This document shows, piece by piece, positions 17,752-27,104 of a stretch of DNA of 64,000 bases. This DNA comes from a virus (taxonomy: Duplodnaviria; Caudoviricetes), in the IMG/VR virus record IMGVR_UViG_3300046522_000316, positions 224,001-288,000 of that record; one strand, written 5' to 3'. The notes under the pieces were generated by a model that did not search any database, had not been told where the DNA came from, and saw only the letters and a list, made by a program, of their open reading frames with translations. Numbering within the stretch: the stretch's first letter is position 1; the number at the start of each line of letters is the position of its first letter. A program made the position numbers and the translations under genes.

Positions 17752-18296
17752 TACGATGTTGCCCCCATTTTTTCAAGTGCAAAACGCATCGTGGTATCAG
17801 TAACCAAGCTGCTCACTTTCACCGTGTCAGCAGCGCTAGATTTTTCCAGCGAAACGATTGCCGGGAATTTGGTATCATCCAGCGTGACGGCCAGCGGGAA
17901 ATCCAAACGCACTCGGCCATGGCCGGGAATACGGGCAACCTTGCGCGCAGCGGTGTACACACCCGCCATCGAACGAACCAGCCACAGGTTTTTATGCAGG
18001 TGTTCGTATTGATCGTGGTCGGGACTATCGAATTCGATTGAAACACTATTTTTGTGCGGCTGCATTTGCTGCACAGCGTCGATCATTTGTTGGTCGGTGT
18101 AAAACTTCAGATCGTAAGTGAGTTTTTTCCGACTCTCACAAATCTGCATCCACCATTGCACATCGGTGCCGGTTTCTTCCGGATAACTGCCGGTAAACTC
18201 GAATGGGCAATCTGCGCCCAAACCACTATAGGCCCTGACAAGACGCGGGATATCCGAGCGGTTGCGCACCGGAAATATATTACGCTTGCTTTCCAT
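17751..18296 (-). CDS. hypothetical protein
   Basis: Co-directional ORF. Confidence 0.7.
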   Translation of the reverse strand: MESKRNIFPVRNRSDIPRLVRAYSGLGADCPFEFTGSYPEETGTDVQWWMQICESRKKLTYDLKFYTDQQMIDAVQQMQPHKNSVSIEFDSPDHDQYEHLHKNLWLVRSMAGVYTAARKVARIPGHGRVRLDFPLAVTLDDTKFPAIVSLEKSSAADTVKVSSLVTDTTMRFALEKMGATS

Positions 18297-18305
18297 TGTT
18301 CTTCC

Positions 18306-18887
18306 TTAGATCATTTTCGATTGAATTGAGTAGGTGCCTTCGCCGGTCGTCTCGAAGAATGTTGCGTTCAAAATTGCGCGTTGCAAATCGCGATACACAC
18401 CGGCCCGCCATGCTGCGTAATTGTCCGGCTTCGAATCCGGGTGAAATTGCAGACGGCGTTTTTCTTGTTCGTCAAACTCGAACAATTCTTGCGCAATCAT
18501 GTTGTCGATCATGTCCAGCAGCGTGCGCAGTTCGCGCTCTTCCAGAAGCCCGTTCGCCACCATGTCGAAGTGTACCGAAACCCAACCGTCATCCAGATAG
18601 GCGCCGAGTTTCGAACACGCATGCATGCACATCCGTTTCGATTTTTTCCAGAATTCACGCGGTGCGTTTCCATCACCGATGTACTCGACTTGCGAAGCGC
18701 GGTAGCAGAACCGGGCAGCAGGCATAAAAACTTCTTGGCGGAAGAATTCGCGCAGTTCCTGTACCTGCTGATCCTTCGCCCGGATCTTGTTGAAACGTTC
18801 GTGAATGAAATGCGAAGGGAATCGGAAAATCACAGCGTGTTCGTGCTTGGATAGCATTTTCACCAGCCGATCATTTTTATCGAACAT
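18306..18887 (-). CDS. hypothetical protein
   Basis: Co-directional ORF. Confidence 0.75.
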   Translation of the reverse strand: MFDKNDRLVKMLSKHEHAVIFRFPSHFIHERFNKIRAKDQQVQELREFFRQEVFMPAARFCYRASQVEYIGDGNAPREFWKKSKRMCMHACSKLGAYLDDGWVSVHFDMVANGLLEERELRTLLDMIDNMIAQELFEFDEQEKRRLQFHPDSKPDNYAAWRAGVYRDLQRAILNATFFETTGEGTYSIQSKMI

Positions 18888-19231
18888 TACTTGTTCCCCA
18901 GCTGCGCTTCGAGTGCTTTCCGCTGTTCGATGGAATCACGATACGTCCGGTACTTGTGCGCCAGATTATCGTTACCCGGTTTCAGACACGACATGCGGCC
19001 CTGTGAATCGCTGCTGATATAGCAAACCACATTCGCCTCTGAATCGTAAAAGCGGGTCATGTCAGAGATACCCGACCCATGGTTGAAAAACTCAATCATG
19101 AACGGCGATTGTTCGACGAACTTATTGGTTTTGGTTTCTGCTTCGGCACGCGGAGAGTTCACGAAGTTCAGCGTCAGCGCCGTGACGATCATTGCGGAAA
19201 TCAGCGAAAGGTTTCGGTAGTCGTGTCGCAT
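18887..19231 (-). CDS. exported protein with signal peptide/anchor
   Basis: N-terminal hydrophobic helix ending PRAEA; DSEANVVCY...MSCL Cys pair. Confidence 0.7.
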   Translation of the reverse strand: MRHDYRNLSLISAMIVTALTLNFVNSPRAEAETKTNKFVEQSPFMIEFFNHGSGISDMTRFYDSEANVVCYISSDSQGRMSCLKPGNDNLAHKYRTYRDSIEQRKALEAQLGNK

Positions 19232-19695
19232 TAATTTGCCCCATCCAGAATTTGAGCTTTGATCATGTCAAGAATACGATCCACGAAATCTGCGTGATCG
19301 CATGCCTCTTTCACCGTCGAGAATTTAGTGCCCAGTGACAACCCGTGCGGCAACCGGGCTTTTTCCAAATCGAAACCGCCGACGATCCGCACGTACCAAT
19401 CACCGTGCCAATAAACACGCGTCCAATCACTTACACGGTTGCGCTCACTGCGAACGGTCACGCCACGAATCGGAGTAATGTCACCGTGTTCGATGTGGTG
19501 CTGAATTAGATAATCACGAACCGGCACAAAAACATTTACATCAACGACCGTTTCTACTTTTACACCAACGAGCTTCCCGCAACACTCGCTGATAAAAGCC
19601 GGGGCTGTATAGTGCAGCAATTTCTGGTTGCAGTACGGGCACTTCAGAAGATCGGGGGTCATTCGGTTTCGCTTCCACTTTGGTAAGCGCGCCAC
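19231..19695 (-). CDS. Zn-ribbon protein
   Basis: KCPYC...ECCG. Confidence 0.6.
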   Translation of the reverse strand: MARLPKWKRNRMTPDLLKCPYCNQKLLHYTAPAFISECCGKLVGVKVETVVDVNVFVPVRDYLIQHHIEHGDITPIRGVTVRSERNRVSDWTRVYWHGDWYVRIVGGFDLEKARLPHGLSLGTKFSTVKEACDHADFVDRILDMIKAQILDGAN

Positions 19696-19789
19696 AATAA
19701 ACGCAGCGCATTTTTAATTCCGAGGTCAGGAACATCGCCTGTAATTCCGGCGAGCAAAACAAGCCACGGCTACATCGTCGGCAATTCAT
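19541..19789 (-). CDS. small Zn-finger protein
   Basis: CRRC...C...CVYC; ATGA overlap with upstream gene. Confidence 0.5.
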   Translation of the reverse strand: MNCRRCSRGLFCSPELQAMFLTSELKMRCVYCGALTKVEAKPNDPRSSEVPVLQPEIAALYSPGFYQRVLREARWCKSRNGR

Positions 19790-20037
19790 GAGCGGTGCGC
19801 AGAACCGTCGAGTTCACCGGCACGCTTGAATTGATGAATCAAAAACTTTTCAGCAGATTCCAGTTCGGCACGAACCTGATTATCCCGCTGATCCAGAAGA
19901 CGTTTACGTGCCTCATGGAAGTTTTGGTAGCGCAGTGCTTTCGAAAGATGTTCCTGCGCGTTCGCCAATTGAACACCGGTAATCCGACGCACACGCCGGG
20001 CCACGGCTTTGAAGAGTTCCAGTGCGTTGTCATTCAT
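19786..20037 (-). CDS. small helical protein (Glyoxalase_8-like N-terminal pattern)
   Basis: FKAVARRVRR..GVQLANAQEHLSKALRYQNFHE. Confidence 0.55.
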   Translation of the reverse strand: MNDNALELFKAVARRVRRITGVQLANAQEHLSKALRYQNFHEARKRLLDQRDNQVRAELESAEKFLIHQFKRAGELDGSAHRS

Positions 20038-20311
20038 TTGAAATCAGGCCCAAACGTTTTGCGACTTCGTTGAATTCTTTCAGGTGTTTGTCGTTGTTCA
20101 CCAGAACAGATTGGTGCTGCTGAATTTTCGATTCGTGGGACTTGATGGCGATCAGGCACCCGGCGATATCATGCAGCTGCGTGTAACCACGTTTACCGCT
20201 AGGCGCAACGCCGATCAATTTGCAAACACGCACATACAATTCGTGTTCTGCATCTGCCGCTTTTTGAACAAGGCCGCGTGCCGTATCCAGATCCATAGCT
20301 TTGCCGATCAT
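20030..20311 (-). CDS. hypothetical protein
   Basis: Start moved to MIGKAM at 20311, which overlaps the stop of 20311..20481. Confidence 0.65.
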   Translation of the reverse strand: MIGKAMDLDTARGLVQKAADAEHELYVRVCKLIGVAPSGKRGYTQLHDIAGCLIAIKSHESKIQQHQSVLVNNDKHLKEFNEVAKRLGLISNE

Positions 20312-20481
20312 TAGCAGGTAATCCGTGGTGGTGTGATAAGGGTTTCGTGACCGCAACCGGGGCACACGTGGCGGTACTGCATACCACGCGGAATTACCAT
20401 GCCGGTTGGTGGCCGGTGCGACAGGTTAAAGCACGGCTCTTTGTATTCCGGAATAGGCTCGAAGCCTGACTGCTTTTTCAT
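20311..20481 (-). CDS. 56-aa Cys/His protein
   Basis: Hand translation MKKQSGFEPIPEYKEPCFNLSHRPPTGMVIPRGMQYRHVCPGCGHETLITPPRITC; SD GGAG upstream; below the track length cutoff. Confidence 0.7.
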   Translation of the reverse strand: MKKQSGFEPIPEYKEPCFNLSHRPPTGMVIPRGMQYRHVCPGCGHETLITPPRITC

Positions 20482-20497
20482 TGTCCCTACTCCAAAT

Positions 20498-21001
20498 TTA
20501 CAGTTTTTCTTCGAACTGCGGCACCGGATAAACCATGTGCATCGCGTCTTCGAAAAGTATAGGGTTCAGCGCCCGTGACTTGACGATAGGCGGAATGCGG
20601 ACGATTGCGGCCCAGTGGGCGTTACCCTGCACGTCCACGATAAAACCCTGCTGTTGAATGTACAGATCGACGCGCTGTTGCCAGTCCTTCAGCGTTTCGC
20701 TTTTTGCACGCTTCAATTCTTTTTCTTTACCGGCGAGTTCCCACCGCTGATCGGGGTCAATTTTCAACTCGGGGGCATCGTGCAAATCGCTTTTGTGGAA
20801 CGCGTCATACACAGCGGTACGATGGTCGGAACGTTTGTGATTAAAACGCAGAGTCACTTCCTGCGTCCGAACCGTCTGCATGAATTCTGACAACCGCTCA
20901 AACGAAAGCGGGTCGCGACCATCCGTGTTAATGATCAAGGTGTCGATTGCTTTCATTTTAAACGTCCCTTTCCGCAAAGTTTTGTTTCGGGAGAACGCCA
21001 C
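20498..21001 (-). CDS. hypothetical protein
   Basis: Co-directional ORF. Confidence 0.7.
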   Translation of the reverse strand: MAFSRNKTLRKGTFKMKAIDTLIINTDGRDPLSFERLSEFMQTVRTQEVTLRFNHKRSDHRTAVYDAFHKSDLHDAPELKIDPDQRWELAGKEKELKRAKSETLKDWQQRVDLYIQQQGFIVDVQGNAHWAAIVRIPPIVKSRALNPILFEDAMHMVYPVPQFEEKL

Positions 21002-21419
21002 CGGTAAACACGCAGGTCAGTAGGTCGGGAACCTCTTCCATAATGCCCGGCAAATATTTGTTGAAGTCTACGCAATGCAGCACACGCAATTTGTTGTAGG
21101 CGTCACGGCTGCGCGCATTGTGGGAAATCTGGAACCGGGTGATTGCCGAATCAATTTCGCAAATATCAATCCAGCCCTTGTTGAACATGGTGTCCACTTT
21201 GGCAACCAGATTTGTCAGCGCCTGCATTTGCCAAACGTCATCCATATTTTCCGGTTCAGGAAATACGATCAGGTCTGTGATTTTCTGCTTACGGAAAACG
21301 CGGATGCTCGGCGCTTCCTGACGGGAAGACTGTTGCGAAATGTGCGCCATCGCGGTCGATGCAGAAGGTGTGCTGTCCGTGTCTTTTACACGGGTGATTG
21401 AAAGTCCTAAGAAATTCAT
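20958..21419 (-). CDS. hypothetical protein
   Basis: Co-directional ORF. Confidence 0.7.
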   Translation of the reverse strand: MNFLGLSITRVKDTDSTPSASTAMAHISQQSSRQEAPSIRVFRKQKITDLIVFPEPENMDDVWQMQALTNLVAKVDTMFNKGWIDICEIDSAITRFQISHNARSRDAYNKLRVLHCVDFNKYLPGIMEEVPDLLTCVFTGGVLPKQNFAERDV

Positions 21420-21832
21420 TTGTTAAGCCCCTGTACGATTTCCACGATGTTGACGCCGTAGTGATTCACGTCACGAATTGCAATGTCGAACAATTCCTGT
21501 TCGGTCGGCGCACGTTCAGGCATCGGAGGATTTCGCAGCAGTTGCATACGCTGTTCGATATCGTCGATATTCCGTTTCATTTGCTGCACACAACTCGAAC
21601 CGTGTTCAACGTCCAAGAAACCATCGAACATACTTGGGCCACGTTGACCGACAGCACCACAGCCCGGCAAATTGGAATACAGGTTGTCCAGCACCCTTTG
21701 GCGCTGGTCGCGGTGTGCCGTAAGCTTGCGATAAATACCTTCCAGCACTTTCACTTTTTCGTAATTCGTCAACGACATTTCACGATCCTTTTTGCATGCG
21801 TGCGGCTCTTTTCGATTGCCCTGCACGGTCAC
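21416..21832 (-). CDS. hypothetical protein
   Basis: Co-directional ORF. Confidence 0.65.
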   Translation of the reverse strand: MTVQGNRKEPHACKKDREMSLTNYEKVKVLEGIYRKLTAHRDQRQRVLDNLYSNLPGCGAVGQRGPSMFDGFLDVEHGSSCVQQMKRNIDDIEQRMQLLRNPPMPERAPTEQELFDIAIRDVNHYGVNIVEIVQGLNK

Positions 21833-22064
21833 GCCGAGATTGGTTTAAAAGCGGCCACTGCACATCGAGGAATTTACACGCCTCGTAGAATTTACGCCGG
21901 TCGTATCCGAGGATTTCGGCAGCGTGCGTTCTGCTGTGTCCAGTAGCCGCAAGTTCCCTGCACTTAGTTACAAGGCAGTCCGTTTTTTCCAGTTGCGTTT
22001 TGGTTTGTATGACCGGTATTTCTGTTTGCATATCGCGTACACCGTAACGGCCAGCGGCAGGCAA
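21780..22064 (-). CDS. Fis/NtrC-type HTH protein
   Basis: LAATGHSRTHAAEILGYDRRKFYEACK resembles L..TGGN.T.AA..LGI.R.TLY.K. Confidence 0.6.
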   Translation of the reverse strand: MPAAGRYGVRDMQTEIPVIQTKTQLEKTDCLVTKCRELAATGHSRTHAAEILGYDRRKFYEACKFLDVQWPLLNQSRRDRAGQSKRAARMQKGS

Positions 22065-22101
22065 TTCATGAACACCATGAAAAGAATAAACAACGTCTTC
22101 A

Positions 22102-22347
22102 CTATTCGCTCACTACCAGCTGAAGGTCATAGCCAAGATTCGCGCAGAACATCAGGATGCGGGCGAGCGGCACTTGGCCCCGGCCCGTGATGATCCCGTG
22201 CAAATCAATTTCGGAAATTTTGTACAACTTGCAAAGTTCTGGCGCTTTCATTCCGAGCTTTGCGAGTTTCGCTTGGATTGCTGCAACCGCCTGATCGCGG
22301 ATATCGTCTACAGCGATTTGGCCTCGGTCGAGGTTTGGCTTGGGCAT
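22102..22347 (-). CDS. XRE/Cro-C1 HTH transcriptional regulator
   Basis: LAKLGMKAPELCKLYKISEIDLHGIITGRGQVPLARILMFCANLGYDLQLVV. Confidence 0.75.
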   Translation of the reverse strand: MPKPNLDRGQIAVDDIRDQAVAAIQAKLAKLGMKAPELCKLYKISEIDLHGIITGRGQVPLARILMFCANLGYDLQLVVSE

Positions 22348-22694
22348 TTCGTTCCCCGTAAATCAATGAGTAGTTGGCGGCGCGCTTGCTCCACCGTAAT
22401 GTTACTCATTTTATTTACAGTATCCAATTCGATGCGCAGTTCCTTGATCAGTTCGCGCAGTTCCCAATTGTGATGTTCGATTGGCTGACCACCGATGTTA
22501 ATGCGTGGCTTGGGCGTGCTGTAGATCGTGCCCGGCATGCGTAGAGCATCGTATTCTTCCGGTGCGATGATATCGACAACCTGTGCGCGGTCGCTGTTCA
22601 GGTAGCGTTCGAAACCTTCGGCCTTCAGCAAAAGATTTTTGATGCGCTCGGCCTGTGTAAGCAGCATCCCATTTTCGTCACGTTTTTCAGTCAT
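22308..22694 (-). CDS. hypothetical protein
   Basis: Co-directional ORF. Confidence 0.65.
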   Translation of the reverse strand: MTEKRDENGMLLTQAERIKNLLLKAEGFERYLNSDRAQVVDIIAPEEYDALRMPGTIYSTPKPRINIGGQPIEHHNWELRELIKELRIELDTVNKMSNITVEQARRQLLIDLRGTKCPSQTSTEAKSL

Positions 22695-23142
22695 TGGTCG
22701 GGTGCCCCAACGCAGTCCACAAAAAGTACGCAGGTTTTTCTGCTTGTTCTACCGAACGAACGTTCCAGTTCGATTGGAACGTACCCAGTTCAATACCGGC
22801 ATTGACGTTCTGGTAACTGACCGTCGCGTGGAACATGAAACGCGGCATGGAACCATCACGCGGATAGCCCGGAATGCGGAACATATTCGACACGCTTACC
22901 ACGATGGAATATGCACGAACTTTCTCACCGAACAATTCCTGATAAACGCGTTTGTGCAGCGAGTGTGGGTAGTCGCCGGTTTCGAAAGGACGCATATCGC
23001 GCCACGTGTAACCCGCATCGCTGAATGCCAGAAAGATCGGATCGTTTACCAGACCGTTAGGCAGATTGCTTGCGCTTTTTGCTGTTGGATCGGGCACGAC
23101 GTGACTTACGTTCCGGCTCAAATTCTGATTCGACTGGTTCAT
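22687..23142 (-). CDS. hypothetical protein
   Basis: Co-directional ORF. Confidence 0.65.
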   Translation of the reverse strand: MNQSNQNLSRNVSHVVPDPTAKSASNLPNGLVNDPIFLAFSDAGYTWRDMRPFETGDYPHSLHKRVYQELFGEKVRAYSIVVSVSNMFRIPGYPRDGSMPRFMFHATVSYQNVNAGIELGTFQSNWNVRSVEQAEKPAYFLWTALGHPTND

Positions 23143-23494
23143 CTTTTTTCACTTCCATTTCGGCAAGAATCATTTCGACCAATTTTACGGGCGCAGGGTG
23201 CCACATAATGGTCATCATCAGTTCGAAGTTCGAAGTCCAAACTTTTTGTACGACGCCACCTTCGCCTTCGACGTATTGAACTTGATCTACTTTTTGCAAC
23301 ATTTCCCACGCAGCTTTCCGCACAGCTAATGCCGTACCTTCCAGTCGCGCAGCCAACACCACGACCAGCAGTGCATGCCGGTAATCGTGCAGGATTTTCG
23401 GAGGGTCAGGTTTCTTTGGAAAAATAACAAAGTGAACATGGTACGCAATTGAAGTGCGTGCAAACGGCGCCTTAAACTTTATCACTTCCCGCAT
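23057..23494 (-). CDS. hypothetical protein
   Basis: Co-directional ORF. Confidence 0.65.
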   Translation of the reverse strand: MREVIKFKAPFARTSIAYHVHFVIFPKKPDPPKILHDYRHALLVVVLAARLEGTALAVRKAAWEMLQKVDQVQYVEGEGGVVQKVWTSNFELMMTIMWHPAPVKLVEMILAEMEVKKDEPVESEFEPERKSRRARSNSKKRKQSA

Positions 23495-23780
23495 TTACTG
23501 CACTCGCCTTATCGTCGAACAACTTCCACAGCGCATGAAAATCCGTGTCTTCCTGCGCGGCCCTTGTTTGGTTAAGTGCGGCACGGATCGTTTCGTGATC
23601 CACGCCATCCAGATATTTAATGATCGCCACTTCTAGCCGGTGAAGGCCGTTGGCTTTTTTGCAGAAATCGGAATTCATTTTCTGCACTGTTTGATCGTGG
23701 CCCGCCGCGTAATGCTTTTCACCCGTGGCGTTCGCACGTGAACCGTTGCTGCGTTTCCTTTTAGCGGGCATCTGTTCCAT
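23472..23780 (-). CDS. hypothetical protein
   Basis: Co-directional ORF. Confidence 0.65.
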   Translation of the reverse strand: MEQMPAKRKRSNGSRANATGEKHYAAGHDQTVQKMNSDFCKKANGLHRLEVAIIKYLDGVDHETIRAALNQTRAAQEDTDFHALWKLFDDKASAVNAGSDKV

Positions 23781-23783
23781 GGC

Positions 23784-24203
23784 TTACGCCTCGGACGGAA
23801 TCGGATACGGCAGGCCCATGCGACCTTTGAAAATCGGCATGTTCAGAGCGACAAGCGCATTCAGAACTTTCACCGTTTCATCTGGATCGCAATGGCAGGA
23901 ATGTTTCAGTTGAACCAGTGAACCGTCCGCATTTTCGCGATAGATGAAACGTGCGCTTTCACGCCAGCGGCCCGGCACCATCGTGTACAGGCGGTCGCCC
24001 ATTGCATCATGCGGCGCCAATTTACGTTCAACACGCAGCATGAAATACATTTCGGATTCGATGTTCATGCGCAACACAAACGCTTCGATATCTTCGGCTT
24101 TATCCAGCTTGAAGGATTTGATCAACATATCCAAAGCTTCGTACTTGTAGAAGCCGAGAATCAAACGACCGTGACCTTTCGGGATTTCAGGAATCGGAAT
24201 CAT
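23784..24203 (-). CDS. hypothetical protein
   Basis: Co-directional ORF. Confidence 0.7.
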   Translation of the reverse strand: MIPIPEIPKGHGRLILGFYKYEALDMLIKSFKLDKAEDIEAFVLRMNIESEMYFMLRVERKLAPHDAMGDRLYTMVPGRWRESARFIYRENADGSLVQLKHSCHCDPDETVKVLNALVALNMPIFKGRMGLPYPIPSEA

Positions 24204-24205
24204 GC

Positions 24206-24781
24206 TTAGGCCTCCGCGTTGTTGGTCAGGGTGTGCAGCAAACCTTCGGCTTTCAGTTTGCGAATTTCACTGAGGGATTTTCCGTACTTCGCCGCCAGTT
24301 CTTTCACTGTACCTTCGGGCGCCGGTAGGTGCTGGCTGTTGAATTGCTGGCGAGACGCACGCACCGCGTTATCCTTGGCAAGTGCTTGGCGAGCGCCGCT
24401 TGCCCGTTGGTTGCGAAATTCCACAGTCGCCGGAATATCCACGATCTTTTTCATGGCGATAGCCACAGGTTTCAGCGATTCGAAATCTATATGCGCGTGA
24501 TCTTTTTCCGACAGGCCTTTAATGTGAAGCGCAGCCTTTGCCTTGATCAATTCCAGCGGTTTCGTGATTTCTGCACCGAACGCCAGCAACGCGTCCATGG
24601 TGTTATGCGGGTTGATGTGGCGACCGTTCAACGCGTAGTAAATCGCCAGACGGATATCCGCGTCGGTCACGCCCTGTACGATCATGTCTGCGAAGTAGAA
24701 GCGGCCTTCGAAAATGTCCATGAACATTACGAAGCCTGCGTCTGTACGTTGTTTTGCAACTGCTTCCAAATCTCGGCTCAT
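24206..24781 (-). CDS. hypothetical protein with C-terminal HTH-like segment
   Basis: GTVKELAAKYGKSLSEIRKLKAEGLL. Confidence 0.65.
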   Translation of the reverse strand: MSRDLEAVAKQRTDAGFVMFMDIFEGRFYFADMIVQGVTDADIRLAIYYALNGRHINPHNTMDALLAFGAEITKPLELIKAKAALHIKGLSEKDHAHIDFESLKPVAIAMKKIVDIPATVEFRNQRASGARQALAKDNAVRASRQQFNSQHLPAPEGTVKELAAKYGKSLSEIRKLKAEGLLHTLTNNAEA

Positions 24782-25149
24782 TAAAAAATCTCGATATCGT
24801 GAATGTATTCTTCGCCCGCCAAGTGCTGTTTGAGAATATGATAAAGCACAGGCAGCATTTCAGGTTTCTTGAAAATCGGAGGGCAGCACATCGGCAGAAT
24901 GTACGCCGGTTTACTTCCGTTAAAGGCCCACGTGTGAATCACAGCCCAGTGAGAAAAACGCAGGTCGCCAACATGCGCACGAAATGCAGAAACTTTCGCT
25001 TCTGCTTCTTTCGTTCTGCGATCAAGTGTATCGCTGCGCATGTTGCCCGGAATCCTCAACAGGCATTGGTAATCATCAATTGCAGCCTTGCCCTTTTGCA
25101 TCTGCTCAACTGTGATGTGATTACCGTAAGAAATGCCTGTGCGATCCAT
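24781..25149 (-). CDS. hypothetical protein
   Basis: TAATG overlap. Confidence 0.7.
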   Translation of the reverse strand: MDRTGISYGNHITVEQMQKGKAAIDDYQCLLRIPGNMRSDTLDRRTKEAEAKVSAFRAHVGDLRFSHWAVIHTWAFNGSKPAYILPMCCPPIFKKPEMLPVLYHILKQHLAGEEYIHDIEIF

Positions 25150-25152
25150 GGT

Positions 25153-25908
25153 TTATTCCCCGTGGTGTTCTTTGCTAACCTGCTCGGTGATAACTTGCAG
25201 TGCTTCCGGCGTCACGTGTACGTCGTGTGCAGTGTAGAAATCCAACACGTTGCCTTCCAGAATCTGGATGAACAATTGATGCACGGCGCTGATATAAATG
25301 TTGCGCACATCATGGCTAGGCAACACCGATTCCATCTTCACGCTATCGCCGCCCGGCGCTTCGTAAAAGAAAGCGGTTTGCTGCGTGTAAATCGGATCTT
25401 CGCCGGTCAAATCAATTCCGATATCGAAATTGTCGAAAGCGGTTTCCAAAATACGTTTTGCCATCTTGCCCGTCAGGTACGGCAGATCGGGTTTGCCTTT
25501 CGGATCGACCTCAGCCCGCAGATGGAATTGCAGCGAATCGCCGTCACGATCAGCCACGTATTCGATTTCGAGTTCCAGACCGTGAACGCTTTCCGTGGTG
25601 CGTACTTCGTTGAGTTCTGCCAGCAGCGGCGAAATCTCACGACGCACCACATCAGTGACCAAAGCCACGGGGTCAATGCGATCCACAATTTGTTTGACCA
25701 GCGAATCGCCAGACAGCCCCAGCAACGAAATAGGAAACTTCATTTCCATTCGGCTGAGAATTGCGTGACTGTCCATCACGTTGGTGTCGATGCGTTTGGT
25801 TTCCAGCTTCGGTTTACGAACACGCGGTTTCGGCGGGTTCTTTTTCAGGGAAGCTTTTGCTTTTTTGTCTTCGTCTTTCTTTTTCTTCGTAGCCATTATT
25901 TCACCCAT
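25153..25908 (-). CDS. hypothetical protein with Lys-rich N-terminus
   Basis: MATKKKKDEDKKAKASLKKNPPKPRVRKPK. Confidence 0.75.
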   Translation of the reverse strand: MGEIMATKKKKDEDKKAKASLKKNPPKPRVRKPKLETKRIDTNVMDSHAILSRMEMKFPISLLGLSGDSLVKQIVDRIDPVALVTDVVRREISPLLAELNEVRTTESVHGLELEIEYVADRDGDSLQFHLRAEVDPKGKPDLPYLTGKMAKRILETAFDNFDIGIDLTGEDPIYTQQTAFFYEAPGGDSVKMESVLPSHDVRNIYISAVHQLFIQILEGNVLDFYTAHDVHVTPEALQVITEQVSKEHHGE

Positions 25909-27095
25909 ACCCAGTCTTTAAGTTTCGCATCCCACATTTTCGTATTGGCGGGAGTCATGCGAATGAGGTTCATGTTTTTGTATACGCCCCAGCCGCCTTT
26001 GGCAAAATTCACAACCCATGGCGATGTGCTGGTGGCGCGCACGTACAATTTACGGACTTTCAAACGATCCGCACCGGTACGGTCGATGCAAATCAGCTGG
26101 CGTTGAATCTCAACTACGCCAGTTTTCAAACGAGTCAGAATCTGGATGTTGTAGCACCCATTTTCCAATTCGAGTTTTGGCAATTCACTCGGTTTGTAGC
26201 GCGGATAATTCGCGATGATTACTCGCGACTCCGATGCCCCCGCGTGAATGTATTCGTCGTTGCTCATGCCGCTGTACAGGAAGTGATCCCCGTACCACGT
26301 GCGCAGGAATCCAACGTTAACCGGCGTGCGGTCAAAGTTGCCGCTGAAGTACGCGCCGTATTCTGCCACCAGTTGGTTTGCCGAACGGAAGAACGCGCCG
26401 TATTGCCCATTTGCAGCGGTGTTCACATCGGGAATATCCGGCCCGTGGTCGGTGATCAGAATCACACCGTTACCGGCCTCACGATACGCCACCATTGCCG
26501 CCACGCCTTGCGGTGTGAAACGCCCGGTTGCTGTCGTGTAATCAGACGACATATGCAGCACTGCGCAATACTGGTCGAGTTCCGCGAACGTCGGGTTCAG
26601 CGTGCCGCTGTAGTCCGCACGGTCTTTGAAAATCGGATTGTAGCCAGCGATTGCAAACAGATTCGCAAACGACGTGTAGAAGCCCGTAGGCGCCCCGGAC
26701 TTAATCGGGTAGGCCTCGGCTGCAACAGCATCGCCCAAGATCAGCACGTTGCGATTGCCCGCGTTAACTTTCGCTTTGTTGCTCACGAAATTCAGCGCGT
26801 TGTACAAATATTTAAACGCACCAGTCAGCCCGGCGAAACCGACGTTAGCGGCTGGCGCGTAGATGTTGTAAAACTTCGGAAAACCACCGTCATATACAAC
26901 GTTGCCGCGCCCGTCCTGCGTCACCGCAATAAATGGGTTTGCAGGATTGAGCGTATCGTAGGCAACGTATTCGGAAAGCGTCGGCATCAATCCGTTAACA
27001 GTGAACATAACGAAATCGACGCTCTGGCTCGCTTGCCAGTCAACGGTTTGGCGAGTGGTGTACGTGCCCGCCAAGTGATCGAGATTTACATGCAT
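25896..27095 (-). CDS. class I GATase-like-fold protein, possibly virion/tail-associated
   Basis: ELDQYCAVL...GVAAMVAYREAGNGVILITDHG resembles L..YD.V...AL..YV..GG.LLL..DH; DGRGNVVYDGGFPKFYN recalled from jumbo-phage proteins (unverified). Confidence 0.55.
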   Translation of the reverse strand: MHVNLDHLAGTYTTRQTVDWQASQSVDFVMFTVNGLMPTLSEYVAYDTLNPANPFIAVTQDGRGNVVYDGGFPKFYNIYAPAANVGFAGLTGAFKYLYNALNFVSNKAKVNAGNRNVLILGDAVAAEAYPIKSGAPTGFYTSFANLFAIAGYNPIFKDRADYSGTLNPTFAELDQYCAVLHMSSDYTTATGRFTPQGVAAMVAYREAGNGVILITDHGPDIPDVNTAANGQYGAFFRSANQLVAEYGAYFSGNFDRTPVNVGFLRTWYGDHFLYSGMSNDEYIHAGASESRVIIANYPRYKPSELPKLELENGCYNIQILTRLKTGVVEIQRQLICIDRTGADRLKVRKLYVRATSTSPWVVNFAKGGWGVYKNMNLIRMTPANTKMWDAKLKDWVWVK

Positions 27096-27104
27096 GGGAA
27101 ACCT

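Noticed and set aside
18420-18445. TTCGAATCC tRNA T-loop-like sequence
   Set aside because: It lies inside a CDS, with no cloverleaf arms.
20311-20481. MKKQSGF pilin-like leader
   Set aside because: It is followed by EPIPEYKEPC, with no TM helix.
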